In this document: one piece after another, positions 51,312-63,153 of the stretch | Position numbering within the stretch: position 1 is the stretch's first letter | Layout of the letters: every line of letters starts with the position of its first letter | NCBI RefSeq assembly: GCF_037042905.1 | Contig: NC_087245.1 | Location: 41,478,001-41,542,000, forward strand | Source: Lytechinus pictus | Lineage: Eukaryota | DNA: 64,000 nt | Direction: 5' to 3' | Program-made: the position numbers and the translations under genes | The notes under the pieces: model-generated | Seen by the model: the letters and a program-made list of their open reading frames with translations, nothing else | Database searches by the model: none | Told to the model about the DNA's origin: nothing

Positions 51312-51554
51312 CTGTTCTATAATTGGCCCCTTGCAAGTAGGTCCCAAAGTTGGCCATCTCCGGCCCCATCCTCCACTCGTCCGAGCCACAGTACTCCCCT
51401 ATGTTTGAGAACACCTGATGGTTGTGGACGTACTGACCGGTCAAGATGCTACTCCGGGAGGGGCAGCACATGGGCGTGGTCACAAAGGCATTGGTGAACT
51501 CCGCCCCTCTGCTACCAAGGTGGAAACGAGTCTTGTTCATAGCTGTCATAGAAC
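51312..51554 (-). CDS. Sulf1: Sulf coding exon 2: contains the catalytic CCPSR (FGly) motif
   Basis: 243 nt; acceptor attcag|GT, donor ACAG|gttagt; translates SMTAMNKT...NAFVTTPMCCPSRSSILTGQYVHNH...YRTG, matching the Sulf signature. Confidence 0.97.
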
Positions 51555-52225
51555 CTGAATGATGTCAAAGATTAATCATCATGATCACAAAAATTTCAAA
51601 ACTATAAATGTTAGATTTATTTAGAGCTTTGGTTTTCTAATTATCAAATGCATCACACAACTCAAAACTGACATTTTACATCCTTAGATTTCAAAAGATT
51701 CCTAATCTTTAGAGGTTTTAGGTCCAACTTCAAATTGGTTAAAAAAAAGAAGGTAGAATTTGAATGAGGTTGGGGTTGGGGTACAGAAAGCTTGAACCTT
51801 AAGTGCTATAGCTAAAGTTGAAGGTAAATTTCCTTCGTAAACCAGGGTTGTCTTTAGTATCTCTCACAGCTAACTTCAGCAGGATATGACAAAACCATGG
51901 TAAACTTTATGATCATGATATTAGGTGCCAACTGGCTTCCGGATCAACAATTTATTTCTTCATCTACTGACAATTGCATGCCACCTTGATGCTAAAATGA
52001 CTTTATAAAGTGCAATGTCATTAAATTAGCAGGATATGATAAAACTTGGAAACTCTTTGTTTTCATAGATCACAGAAGACAATTTAATTCCCATTAAAGC
52101 ATCACTGGGAAGAAACATGACACCTTTGTATTCCCAGAACATCGTAAAGTGTCAAACTAGACAAAAACCAGGATGTCACCGTAAAATTGACATCTCCAGA
52201 ATCAGAATGATGTCAGGGTGCTTAC

Positions 52226-52448
52226 CTAGTACAACATCCTGATCATCGGTGAGGATCAGGATGATGTTGGGTTTCTTTGAAGACCCAGAGACGGGCGGAA
52301 GGAAGCTTAGCCTTTGATGTCCTCTTGAGCTTGACCCGTCTTTGACCACTGACCTATCCCTGCCCTTTGACTTTGACCCACTTTCCACTTGAGAGGTCAC
52401 AAGGCATAGGAAGGCAGCTAGCAGCCACAGAATATTGTTCACTTCCAT
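52226..52448 (-). CDS. Sulf1: Sulf coding exon 1: signal peptide plus KPNIILILTDDQDVVLG
   Basis: ATG at 52448; hydrophobic leader MEVNNILWLLAAFLCLVTSQVES; sulfatase N-terminal motif PNIILILTDDQD; donor CTAG|gtaagc at 52225. Confidence 0.95.
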
Positions 52449-52994
52449 GTTCTTGAAAAGAGTTTGTGCAGTCAGAAATGCTTGATGACGCGGCTGTTGC
52501 TTTCTTGAGTTGAGACAGCTCAGTTGTACTGTACTTCCAGGGGTGTGAAAGGAAGGTGATTATCACTCAGAGACAACAATCATTGCAGATCAGTGCTACT
52601 TCCTTCACATTTAATTCCAATTGAATCAATTAGTTTTCTACAATTTATTATTAATACACCACTAGTAGCTTACAGGTTAATCAATAAATGAAGCAAACCT
52701 GATGCTAATTAAGATATTTCAGAATTTGCTGTCAAGATATCAGGTCATCATTATGCTGTTTTAAACAAGACAAGTTGATGCAATCGATGATCATCCTGTA
52801 GACCTTCCATTGTTCAATCTATAAACAGAATTTTGAACATCAATCAGATCTTGCAGGAAGTTTTGAACAAAATGTTCCAAGCCAAGACATCAAATCCAGG
52901 AACTTGCTACCATCGCCACAATGATTAGGGTTTCGATGTTGTCGTGTCATTCCTAGTATCCATTTCACTATCAACAGCAGGAACAGTTAAGAAT
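52449..52994 (-). other. Putative 5' UTR part of the first coding exon
   Basis: Strong acceptor tttgttatttcctttttatcttgcag| ends at 52995, with repeat-free sequence from there to the ATG. A weaker acceptor at about 52819 is also possible. Confidence 0.5.
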
Positions 52995-53183
52995 CTGCAA
53001 GATAAAAAGGAAATAACAAAAAGATTTTAGAAAAATAATAAAAAAGATACATTTTCAAAGAGCTTCCTTGGTTTAAATGATTGAATAAATTATGATGGAT
53101 GGTAATAACAATATCAGTGCTTATATACTAAATTGAAATACAAGAATTGCATTACACTGTGCATATTCTTTTGATCATTCTTT

Positions 53184-53362
53184 GCACGTTAAGAACCCAC
53201 TGCACTATTCATATAAGAGTAGGGGGAAACCCCGGTGTAGTGGTCCACCTGCATTCCCCCCAATCATTTATATCGGGAGAGACCTGCGGGTCATAGTGAT
53301 TCAGTTCGCTTTTCACCTCCCAGGCACAGGTGACGCCAAACAAATAATAATAATAATAATAA
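53184..53362 (+). mobile_element. DeuSINE-like fragment (Deu domain plus (AAT)n tail)
   Basis: CACGTTAAGAACCCACTGCACT..TAAGAGTAGGGG..ACCCCGGTGT resembles the Deu-domain consensus as I recall it; ends in (AAT)n. Confidence 0.65.
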
Positions 53363-55334
53363 CAGATACAGAGATTCAAGAAAAATCCATTTGTTATCAT
53401 ATGTTTAAATCCAAACAGATACAGGCCCTAAACTTTCCATTAATTATCAAGTAATTTATATCCAGACTTTCGCCCCCTCACTGCTCATGAAATGTTTTAA
53501 CGAGCAAATTAAGGGTGTAAATCATTTTGAACGACTTCAAAGTATTGCTACTCCGATAATTCAAATAATATTTTCTCTTTCCTTAAAACCATGATTTGTG
53601 TTAAAAAGGACAATGGTTAATATCCCAGTTTTCTATCATAACACCATAGTTTATCAGAAATGTATCTTGAGTGATTGTCATAAATTTGTCAGCATGTTAA
53701 CCTGCAAGAAAGCAGGGAGATGCAGCAAAAGATGAACCCTGTGGTTTACAGGGGAGGGGATTCATCCTCCATCCCTCCCACCCCCCACCAACTCTCCCCT
53801 CCCCCTTGCAAGACCACAGGGATATGCAGCAAGATGAATCCAGGGGATTACAGACCCTATGAAGTGAAGGGATTCGCCTCCATCACCCCTCCCCGTAAGA
53901 AAAGGAGAAATATTTTTTCTTCATTTATTTTCTGAATGGTCTTGGAGAACTTGCTAATCTTTCCCCCTATATTTGGACCTTATCTCTCCATTGAATGGGT
54001 TGAGACAAAATCTGGAGGAGAGAGTGACCTTTAGTGCAATTTGATGGGACCAGCTATTTTACATTGTATGGGGGGCATGAAAAAAAATGTGCAGGGGTGG
54101 CATGCAATCAACATGTAGCCCCCCTCCCCCCCCCCAAAAAAAAAAAAGACAATCCAGTCAGGACCTCAGAAAAGCCAATCGAACTTTGGAATATGGATAA
54201 AAGCAGAGTGAATTAGGTGCAATAAGAAAAGAAGGATAACGTGGAAAGGGAGACAGAAAGAGAAAGGGAATGAAAAAGGGAGAGGGGAAGAAAATAGAAA
54301 AGAAAAGTGGAAAGTAGAAGAGGAAAATGGGAAAGTAGCAATAAAAAAAGGCTGGATGAAAGGATGTGAAAACATTGGCATTTAAAAACAGACATACAGC
54401 TCTATTGAGAGAAATAAAAAAAAATAAGTCATGGTTCATATTTTCAGGGACAATTTGAATAGAAGTCACAAATGTAAGCTGACATTTTCTGTGGCAGTAA
54501 ATTCAATTACCACAAAGGTACTTCATACTTACCCCAATCCTTAATATTAGTTATCACATCTTAAAACCAAATCCTCCATCACAACCCTTACCAACTTCTT
54601 TAGAGAAATTAGGACTGGGACAACTGTCACAAAAGTAACCTTCAGATCACCAAAGAAAAAGGCAAGACAGAGAAATAGGCATATGAGCAATCTCATTATA
54701 GACATTCATAGAAAGAGACAAATACAGCAACAGAAATTGAAGGAAAATAATTCAAGCCCAAGCAGAAAGTACAGAATATAGTTCAAGTACATTAGGGTCA
54801 TCCTTCATTGCAAAGGTATGCAAACCTTGCAAGGGTCACAGACACAAATCAAGCAGATATCCTTCCAAAATTGACAATCCCTCCCACAAACTTTTCTTGG
54901 GGCAAAGACGAGGAGAGCACAACTACCACTTCCACCTGTTGGCGGATTACTTCCAAAGTCTGACAAATGGCATGGCAATATCGGGTTTGTCTTGTCAAAA
55001 CAATCATTACCAAGAAAGCTATCTAAAAGAAAGAACTTGACCCTAACAAAGTGTACAAACTTATCAAATATGAGGAATATCAAACAGGAGAGAAACAAGG
55101 CAAAAGTCAAGAGTGTCAATGGCAGAGGGATAAGGAGATAATTCCACCTGTTTTAAACAATCAAAATATGTTCCAAAGTCAAGTGAAATTAGGCGAGACA
55201 CAACTAGACTGTTGTTGTTTCCTTGGTGTAGCTGATGTCTGTTCATAGAAAGACATCTGATCAATAAATCAATGATAGTATTTTAATGCTGGGTATGTTC
55301 CTTGGCCTTCAAGAATAGTTTTGCATCTCTTATA

Positions 55335-55821
55335 TGCTTTTCACACTGCACTTTTTGTCCTAAATTGGTGGGGCTAAGGGGGTCTTAGCCCCACCAATTT
55401 CCCGGGGTTACGCTTAGCCCACTTCGTTTTCACACTACGTTTTAGCCAAGTGGGCTAGCACGGTAAATAGTACGGTACTATCTGGCCCTGCAAAAAAGCA
55501 GGTTTAGCCGGCTTATTGTGGTGCTAGCACCACAATTGCGGTGCTAAGAGATGCAGTGTGAAACGAAACAGGGCTAAGCAAAAGCGGGGCTAAGCATTAG
55601 CCAATCACAGAAGTCGAAATCGCACATTAATCGCGCTCTGTATGGTAAAATCATTAATATTTATGAGCTGTGTGATTGCCCGGGGTTAAGGCGTTAACCC
55701 CGGCTAAGCAATAGTACGGGATTAAGAAAGACAGTGTGAATCGAAAAAAAGATAGTATGGGGTTAAGGATAGTCCGGGGTTAAGGATAGTATGGGGTTAA
55801 GGAAATGCAGTGTGAAAAGCA
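55335..55821. mobile_element. TIR element with probable TA TSD and internal GGGGTTAAG/GGGCTAAG repeats
   Basis: Perfect TIR TGCTTTTCACACTGCA / TGCAGTGTGAAAAGCA flanked by TA; GC-rich interior. Confidence 0.8.
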
Positions 55822-55842
55822 TATTAGCAGCCTAAGCTAGCT

Positions 55843-56075
55843 TCTCCTCCTCTTCTGTTCCCCTTTCTCCTCTCCGACTGCCAAAGATGACCCTCCAACC
55901 ACCTCTTCCTACTGCACATTTCCCCCTCCTCCCCTTGTCCTCCTCCTCCTCCTCCCACCTCCTTTCTCCTCTTCTTTCTCCTCCTCTCTCTCCTCCTCCT
56001 CCTCATCATCCTCCCCTTCTCCTACTCCTCATATCCATCCCAATCCCTTCTCATACCCCCTTTAGACCCTCCCTC
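55843..56075. repeat. (CCT)n-rich polypyrimidine tract
   Basis: Direct inspection. Confidence 0.85.
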
Positions 56076-59000
56076 TGATTTTCCTTGGTTTAATCAAACA
56101 AACTAATCAAATTTGATCAGGAATTTCTATTTAAAAAAAAATCAATAAATTCTTATCATATTCTATTCATTTTTCAGCAGATTCTATTCATTTTCTGCAG
56201 AAGCTATCAATGTTTCAAAAAGAGCATCCATTCAGGAAAGAACATAACCTTCGTTTCAGACAAGATCATGCATTTGTCTTTGATTGGTTTGCTTGCTCCT
56301 CAAACTTTGTGACTTAATTCCCAACCTCACCTTACAAGTTACAAGTCACAACAATGGAAGGTCAAGATACTTCAAAGAAAAGACAAATGATATTTATCAT
56401 TCTCAAAAGTCATCACTTCCAAAAAGTACCACCATCAGTCATGATAGGGGATGCAAGACAAACAGGCTCCCTATTAAGATATAAGTGCAACCTTCTACGC
56501 AGATGTCTGTTTCAAAAATATTCTTCCATTAGCTTCTACTCTTTCTTGCATTTTAAGTTATAAACCAAGAAAACAGCGAGTATAGATAGTGCATCAGCAT
56601 TCATCCGGTGTGTTCACACTTCATTTTATACCAATCAGAAAATGATCCTAACTCAGTAGAACTCGTGCAGATGATGCAGGACTCTAATTTAAATACCGGA
56701 TTTGGCACATTCACACTTCACTGAACTAGATGAGGGCAAAAACAGAATTTGCATTTAGAAAGGGACACAGATTTATCATCCTTTCCTCATCTTCCTCCAT
56801 AATTTTCCTAAAGATAAGTTGTGTTCACTTCTATTAAGATAATTATCATGTATGATCATTTTCTTTCATATTTTATCATGTTTACTCATGGCAAAAATAT
56901 ATATCTAAATTTATAATTGTTGATTATGTCATATGCAATATCATTGAAATGCCTTTTTTCTCACTGTTTGAAATGAATACCAATTTGAATTTGAAATTTG
57001 AATACATGATACATGTTACATTATGTTAATTATGATGTTTTCTTCATTTTTTGATGTTGTTGGGGGCACAACTTCAAAGAAATCCCTGTAAACGTTTGCT
57101 TTAATTTAGATTTTAAAATTACCTTCTATTTGGGGGTTATTTTTACACCTAGTATTTTGTGATTGGTGTATATTTCCTGATCAGAAAATATCAGGTATTT
57201 TTCTAAATTTCCGAATGTGTGGATAAGGTCTATAAATACATCATCCCCTGCTATCTAGAAATAAAGATGAAGAATTAATTCTCCTTTTATTATTACTTTT
57301 CAATGGAGTGGAACAAATTAATATTTTTAAAAGCATAATTACAAGTTTTATAATTAAGTACTAATTATTAATGTCGTGGAACAGATTACTCTAACAGGGA
57401 TCATTTGAATTCTTTGGATTCATTATGAATGATGTTTGACACTTGTGTGTTTCATCCATAAGTGCAACAGTTCAAGGTTAATTGCTTCATAGTCCTTAAA
57501 GAAATTTGGAGGTGAAGATTTATATGCATTTGTTTGAGGGGTTTTATTGACTTACAGGCAAAATGTATACATTTTTATTTATCACCCGATAAATTCATTA
57601 TAAATTTTCAACACTGGTGTTTTTTTCCACCCATGGGCACCACAGTTTAAGGTTAATATTTTAATAATCCTTCTAAAAAATCTGAAGCTGAAGATTTATG
57701 TGGGTTTATTTGGAGTATAAACAGGCAAATGAATCAAATTTAAAATTGAAAGGTAATTAGATTATTAGACCCATAAACTATCATGAATGACATTGGACAG
57801 TTACATTTTTGACAATGTGAGCAATTGTTAATATTTTGATAATCTTACTCTTAAAATAAGAAAATGTAGGTTTTGCTACATTTGATTGATGTTGAATATT
57901 TATTGGGACCCTTTGAGGTAGTCCTACAAATTCAATTATGTGTGATATTTGCCACCTTAATTTTTCACCCATGAGAGTAACCGGTTAAGATTCAATATTT
58001 TGATAAGTTTCTAAACTCAGAAGGTGAAATTTCAAGGAAATCGGGGTAAACATATAAATACTTTCACAGCTGCCACGTTTTCTTTTACAAGTTTCACGGT
58101 CAATTCCGATTAATGGTAGGTCTATTGAGGCATGTCAATTGGCCCTCACATGTCAATCTCAAGACATTACAAAAATTCATTTGGGGCTACTGGTTTATCA
58201 TCAATAATCATATATCACATCACTTGAGGTATTCACATTTTCCATAATCATCATAAGAGAGATCTCGGATGAAAGGCAATAACATTTAGAAGGAAAATAT
58301 GGGGGTGAACTTTTAGCTGTACAACCAGTTGGATGGAAATAAGGTGATTCATGAATTAAAATGATTGAAGTGATTTGGTTAGGCCTACATATTTACTTTC
58401 AGATTATACAGCGTTTATTGTGATGTCTAAAACTGTTATGAAAAAATTACTGAGGTGTATTCTGAAAATAGTAAAAACATTTGTTTTCTTCCACTGGAGG
58501 AAAACTCAGAGCAGGAAGTGCAAATATAGGTGAACATAACAGATCAACAAATGTTTGGAACTTTGGATTCACAAACAACAAATTATGCATACTTCATCTT
58601 AGCACCAAAAATAAACAGAGGGTTATGAATAACAGAAGAAATATAAATTACACAGTTAGCAGTCTAAGAATTCCATTTCCAGTCCATTTGACACAGGTCT
58701 AGGACTAATTGAAAAATTCACTCTTTTTGTAGCTGATCTCCTCGATATTGTTCAACTGAAAAACAAGTCGCCTGCTGATCGGGAATTACTTTGATCATAT
58801 TGTCTCATCGCGACAAGTTCTGAAGTCCCTGTAAGGGCCAATTCATACAAGAAGGAATATTGTTGGTAAATGTTGTGTTTTGGGTACATTAACTAAATCA
58901 TGTCAATAAGATCAGAGGAGGTTGTTTGATGTTATAATGGAGCATGATAATGGGGGGAAACCTATGAAGTGAAACATTCAACAAATAAGATTCTTGCTGG

Positions 59001-60841
59001 CAAACACAATAAGGTGCTGGGTTTTCAACTGCAGATAGCGTAACATGAAGGACATTTGTTCTTTTACTGAAGCTATTACCCCCATTTTCTCAGCTTCAAT
59101 AATCAGTGACTCCTACGACAGCTTTACACCTCCCCTAGATGAAGAAAACTTGTTTGTGACCCTAAAATTTAGCACACTTCAAAAGAAAGTTTGAGGAGGC
59201 AGAGGCATTTTCATTTCTGTAAAATATGAACGTATTTTCCATGTGCTACACTCTAAATGTCAAGGATTTAAAATAAATCCAGATCGGCTGTGAATAGAGA
59301 CGAGCCGAATATTAGATTAAGATTTAAACCTTGTGGATTGAATATAAATCTAAAAGAATTGAATTTAAATCTGAGATTTAATTTTAAGTTAATCCTTAAG
59401 ATTTATAATAAACTCAAAATTTGGAAGGTCAATATTCACTGCCGATTTGGATTTGACATTAAGATTGTAGTCTTCAATGAAATAAAAGTTTTCATTATCT
59501 TGTAAATACACTACATGTACGTCATGAAGTCTAATATTACTTTATTCTCTTTTTTGGGGTGGGGTGGGATATTACAATAACTTTTTGCAAATTTGGCAAA
59601 TTACTTCCTGAACAGTGGAATAACAAATCTGAAAATACCAGGTATATATTTTGCAAATTGGAATGTGTAAAAGCACCTCTCCTTGTTGACAAATTATGAT
59701 AACTCCATTGAAATATATACAGGTCACAAGGACCCATGATAATTCATGAATGTTAATTACTGTATGGACAATGGACAAATACAGTTTGTGAAAAAAAATT
59801 ACCAGACTAATCAAATACAATGACTACTTTCAAAATAAATGTGCTGGTCAAATTCTGTTTCTGGAAACTTTTACAATGGCACAATTAAGATCAATGTATA
59901 TTTGTCCTTTGAAAGTGGGATTTGTAAATAATGACAGATTCACCAAATTATTTAAATTGGTATTCAAACATCATTGTGCAACAGAGACCAAAAATGAACT
60001 GTAAAAATTTACGAGAATGTGATTGGTACTCAGGACCTTCAATAAGGTCAAAACAGCCTTGATCCACAACAACAGCAACAAAAACAACAGCAGCAGCAAC
60101 AATCTGGACATAGACCTGCTGGTTCTCGACCCCTAAGGAAGAGGGGGGGGGGGGATACTCAGATTTGAGTTTGATAGGACCAATGAACCCCCTCACACAG
60201 GATCCATTGAAGGGTCAGCAAGAATAGGCGGTTATTTAGACTTTCAGGGTACTAACATGTATGCTACATTACTGTAGAGTGATTAGAAACTTCTGATAAA
60301 GCAATAATGCTATATAAGCAAGTATATATACTATTTCATAACTTTCTCATTTTGTCTTAATTGTGGAGGAAGTCAAGGAACACCTTTTAATTGTTTCTCT
60401 CTTTCCTCACTTTTCATTAACCCCAGGGTTTAAAATCTCCTTAAAGCTCCCATCACATATCACTCACATATCTTTTTATACAAGCACAACAAAAATTTGC
60501 ATCTTTATAGTCAAAGTTGGTAACTTCTGCTACCATCAGTCTGATGTGACAGCTATCTTTTCAAAAAGTCACTTCTGCCAAGAATGGATAATCCCTCTCC
60601 TGAAGGAAGCCAAACTACTCAGTAAAGCTTGAAGATGTTCCATTTATTTATCTACTTTGGCAACAAAATGGGCATTTCTACGGCTACAGTGATGATACCC
60701 AACTCAAGATAAATCATCCATGAAATCATTCGTTTGCAATGCTTTATTCACAACAAGAAAAGCCAGTCCAACTATTGACAAATAATAGTTCACACGGGGA
60801 CCAAGCTTCAAGTAATATTCCAATACAAGAGACAAAATTTC

Positions 60842-60997
60842 CTTGAAGACAAAAATAATGAAGAGAACATTAACATTTTAAAGAATAGAACATGTTTCAA
60901 GATTTAAACTTCCTTATCAGCCTGAAAATTATAAACAGTCATTGAAACATGTTCCGTTCATCAAAAAATTGTTCTCTTCATTATTTTTGTTTTCAAG
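60842..60997. repeat. Isolated inverted repeat (hairpin), arms about 57 bp, loop about 41 nt
   Basis: CTTGAAGACAAAAATAATGAAGAGAACA...AACATGTTTCAA pairs with TTGAAACATGTT...TGTTCTCTTCATTATTTTTGTTTTCAAG. Confidence 0.85.
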
Positions 60998-61197
60998 TAA
61001 TATTTTTGCAGCATTTAATTTAAGGGGGGGGTATTCATTTTTCCCCTAATATACACTCTAAATTAAGACCAATTGCATTTTTAAATCTCAAAGGATTGAA
61101 ATTCCAATTCCCTCGAGATATAAAAATGAATTTTGGGGATTAAAACTAAATCCAGAATTCAATCAGTCCCTATTAACTAAAATCCACCTAGATTTAC

Positions 61198-61793
61198 TTA
61201 AAGGAGAATGAAACTCTTGGAGCAAGTTAGCTTTTGTGAAAGCAGAAAAATCAAAGAATAAGATCAACAAAAGTTTGAGTAAAATAGGACTACTGTAGCA
61301 ATAGAAGAGTTATGAGCATTTGAATGTCGAGATCACTAATGCTATGGAGATCCTCCCATTGGCAATGCGACCAAGATCTATGATGTCACAGATGAACAAC
61401 TCTCCCCTTTTGGACACTGAAAATATACCCCAAAACATCTCTTTTTGCTCATTCTAATCAATGACAAACGATTCATCAATGATATAATGTTGTGAAACCT
61501 CTGTACTTGTCCTCTCATAAAGAGAACACCTCACCTTCTGATAGACTCTATAAAAGTGAGAATATAAGTGAAATAAGTACTAGAGTAATGAAGGAGTTGT
61601 ACGTGTGTGACATCACAGATCTTGGTCGCATTGCCAATAGGAGGATCTACATGGCAATAGTGACCTCGACATTCAAATGCTCATTACTTTCTTATTATTC
61701 ATTCAATCTTCCTCAAACTTTCAACAATATGTTTCTTTGATTTTTCTCTTTGATATGGATTCAGCTGGTTTCAAGGGTTTCATTCTCCTTTAA
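61198..61793 (+). mobile_element. MITE family B, full length
   Basis: TTAA TSDs, AGGAGAATGAAAC TIRs, same orientation as the 8050 copy. Confidence 0.92.
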
Positions 61794-62389
61794 AATCCCT
61801 TCAATTTAGATTATAGAGAACAGAAAAGGGAGTGTAATAAAAGTTGATACCTCTATTCCTCCCGTGTTCATAGCATGTTTATTTTCTGCACACCTCATCT
61901 GCAACAGATCTGCATCATTAGTGTTGCTAGCCTATATCTGACAAGCCTCTATCAATCATTTTCTCAAGTTGGCAAAAACAAATTTTGGCGTAAGATTCAT
62001 GCATACTAAAATACAGGTACAATGTGTCAGTAATCGAGTTCATTCTAAAAATGTCCAAGTTGCTGCACTGTTTTAGAAGTAGAATTCCGCTTGGATAAAG
62101 AACAAAATGTTTGCATGTGAACACAGGTATTGATTTCATGTCTTCATTCGTTTTCCCAGCACGAGTTTCAGAGCCTGACTGGGCAGGGTCTCATCTTGAA
62201 GAGGGTAGCACTTTATTTCACAGCTTCTTCACCAGCAGGGATTAACTGAGCTATAGGTGTCACATTTACAGTATCCAACAGCTCTCTTTGTACCCCCTTT
62301 GTTAGAATTTCGGTGTGACTGGATAGCACACCTTTTCTTGATTTTCCATTCTTCTCTCCTTCCTCACTTTTTGTCTCTTATGAATATAA

Positions 62390-62550
62390 TGCTCCTCTCT
62401 TTCTCTCTCTATCTCTTTTTTCCTCTATCTTTATTTATATCTATCCATATATCTATCTATCTATCTATATCTATCTATCTATCAATATATCTATCTATCA
62501 ATATATCTATCTATCTGTATGTCTGTCTGTCTGCATCTCTCTCTCTCTCT
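62390..62550. repeat. (TATC)n/(TGTC)n/(CT)n microsatellite
   Basis: Direct inspection. Confidence 0.9.
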
Positions 62551-63153
62551 GTTACAACCCCCCTCCCCTTCTACTCCTCCAAAATGATTTGCATTTTGCA
62601 AGGCTTCTACACCCAGAAACATACATCTTTTATTCATTTTTTCTGAACATATTGCTAATTTTTGTATTCCTTGCTTTTTTTTTGGCCATGTTTACAACAT
62701 GGACTTTACTGTTACACCATATGCACTTGACATATCAATAAGCAATATCTAGCATTAATTTTGTATATATGCTGCTTTGATGGTCTTTTATTCACTTTGT
62801 TAAATTTCAATACATTACAGGGATTTTTTTTCCCAGTAAAACTCGGGCCTTGATATTTCTTGACTTAAAAGTACAAACCTAAAATTTCTTCCTCAGGCAT
62901 AAATATTCCTCTCAGGCTTCGAAGCAAAGCTCACAAGAAAAAGTGAGCAAAAATTAAATGAAGATAAAGTAGAGTAAACTTTCTACAATATCTATTTCTA
63001 TCCCTGTGAGAAGGATTAAGTCTGGTGTTTCTAGGACTTCAGTGGGAGCCAAAGCAACAATGGAGCGAATCCTACTCCTAAGGAGCTAAATAAAAGAAAG
63101 AAAAGCTGTTAGAATCCCATTAAATCCAAGCTTTGCACCATCTAAACCAACCA

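Larger units (their letters stand above)
4546..52448 (-). other. Sulf1: Extracellular sulfatase Sulf (heparan sulfate 6-O-endosulfatase) gene, 5' part; CDS = complement(join(52226..52448,51312..51554,28597..28747,27608..27778,4546..4696)), continues beyond position 1
   Basis: Five exons with canonical GT-AG sites splice in frame (phases 1,1,2,2,0) to 313 aa that are colinear with the N-terminal catalytic domain of vertebrate SULF1/SULF2. The next expected exon (LYNML...ADHGYH-like) was not found in 1-4545. Confidence 0.95.

Noticed and set aside
51198-51497. Plus-strand ORFs overlapping Sulf exons (51198-51497, 28518-28751) and off-frame minus ORFs (27555-27752, 51168-51389, 52354-52566)
   Set aside because: Antisense or alternative-frame shadows of real exons, with no recognisable homology.
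54520-54600. Strong donor GGG|GTAAGT at about 54531 as a 5' UTR exon end
   Set aside because: It is embedded in a degenerate CCTAACC-like repeat stretch, and no supporting acceptor or promoter was seen.
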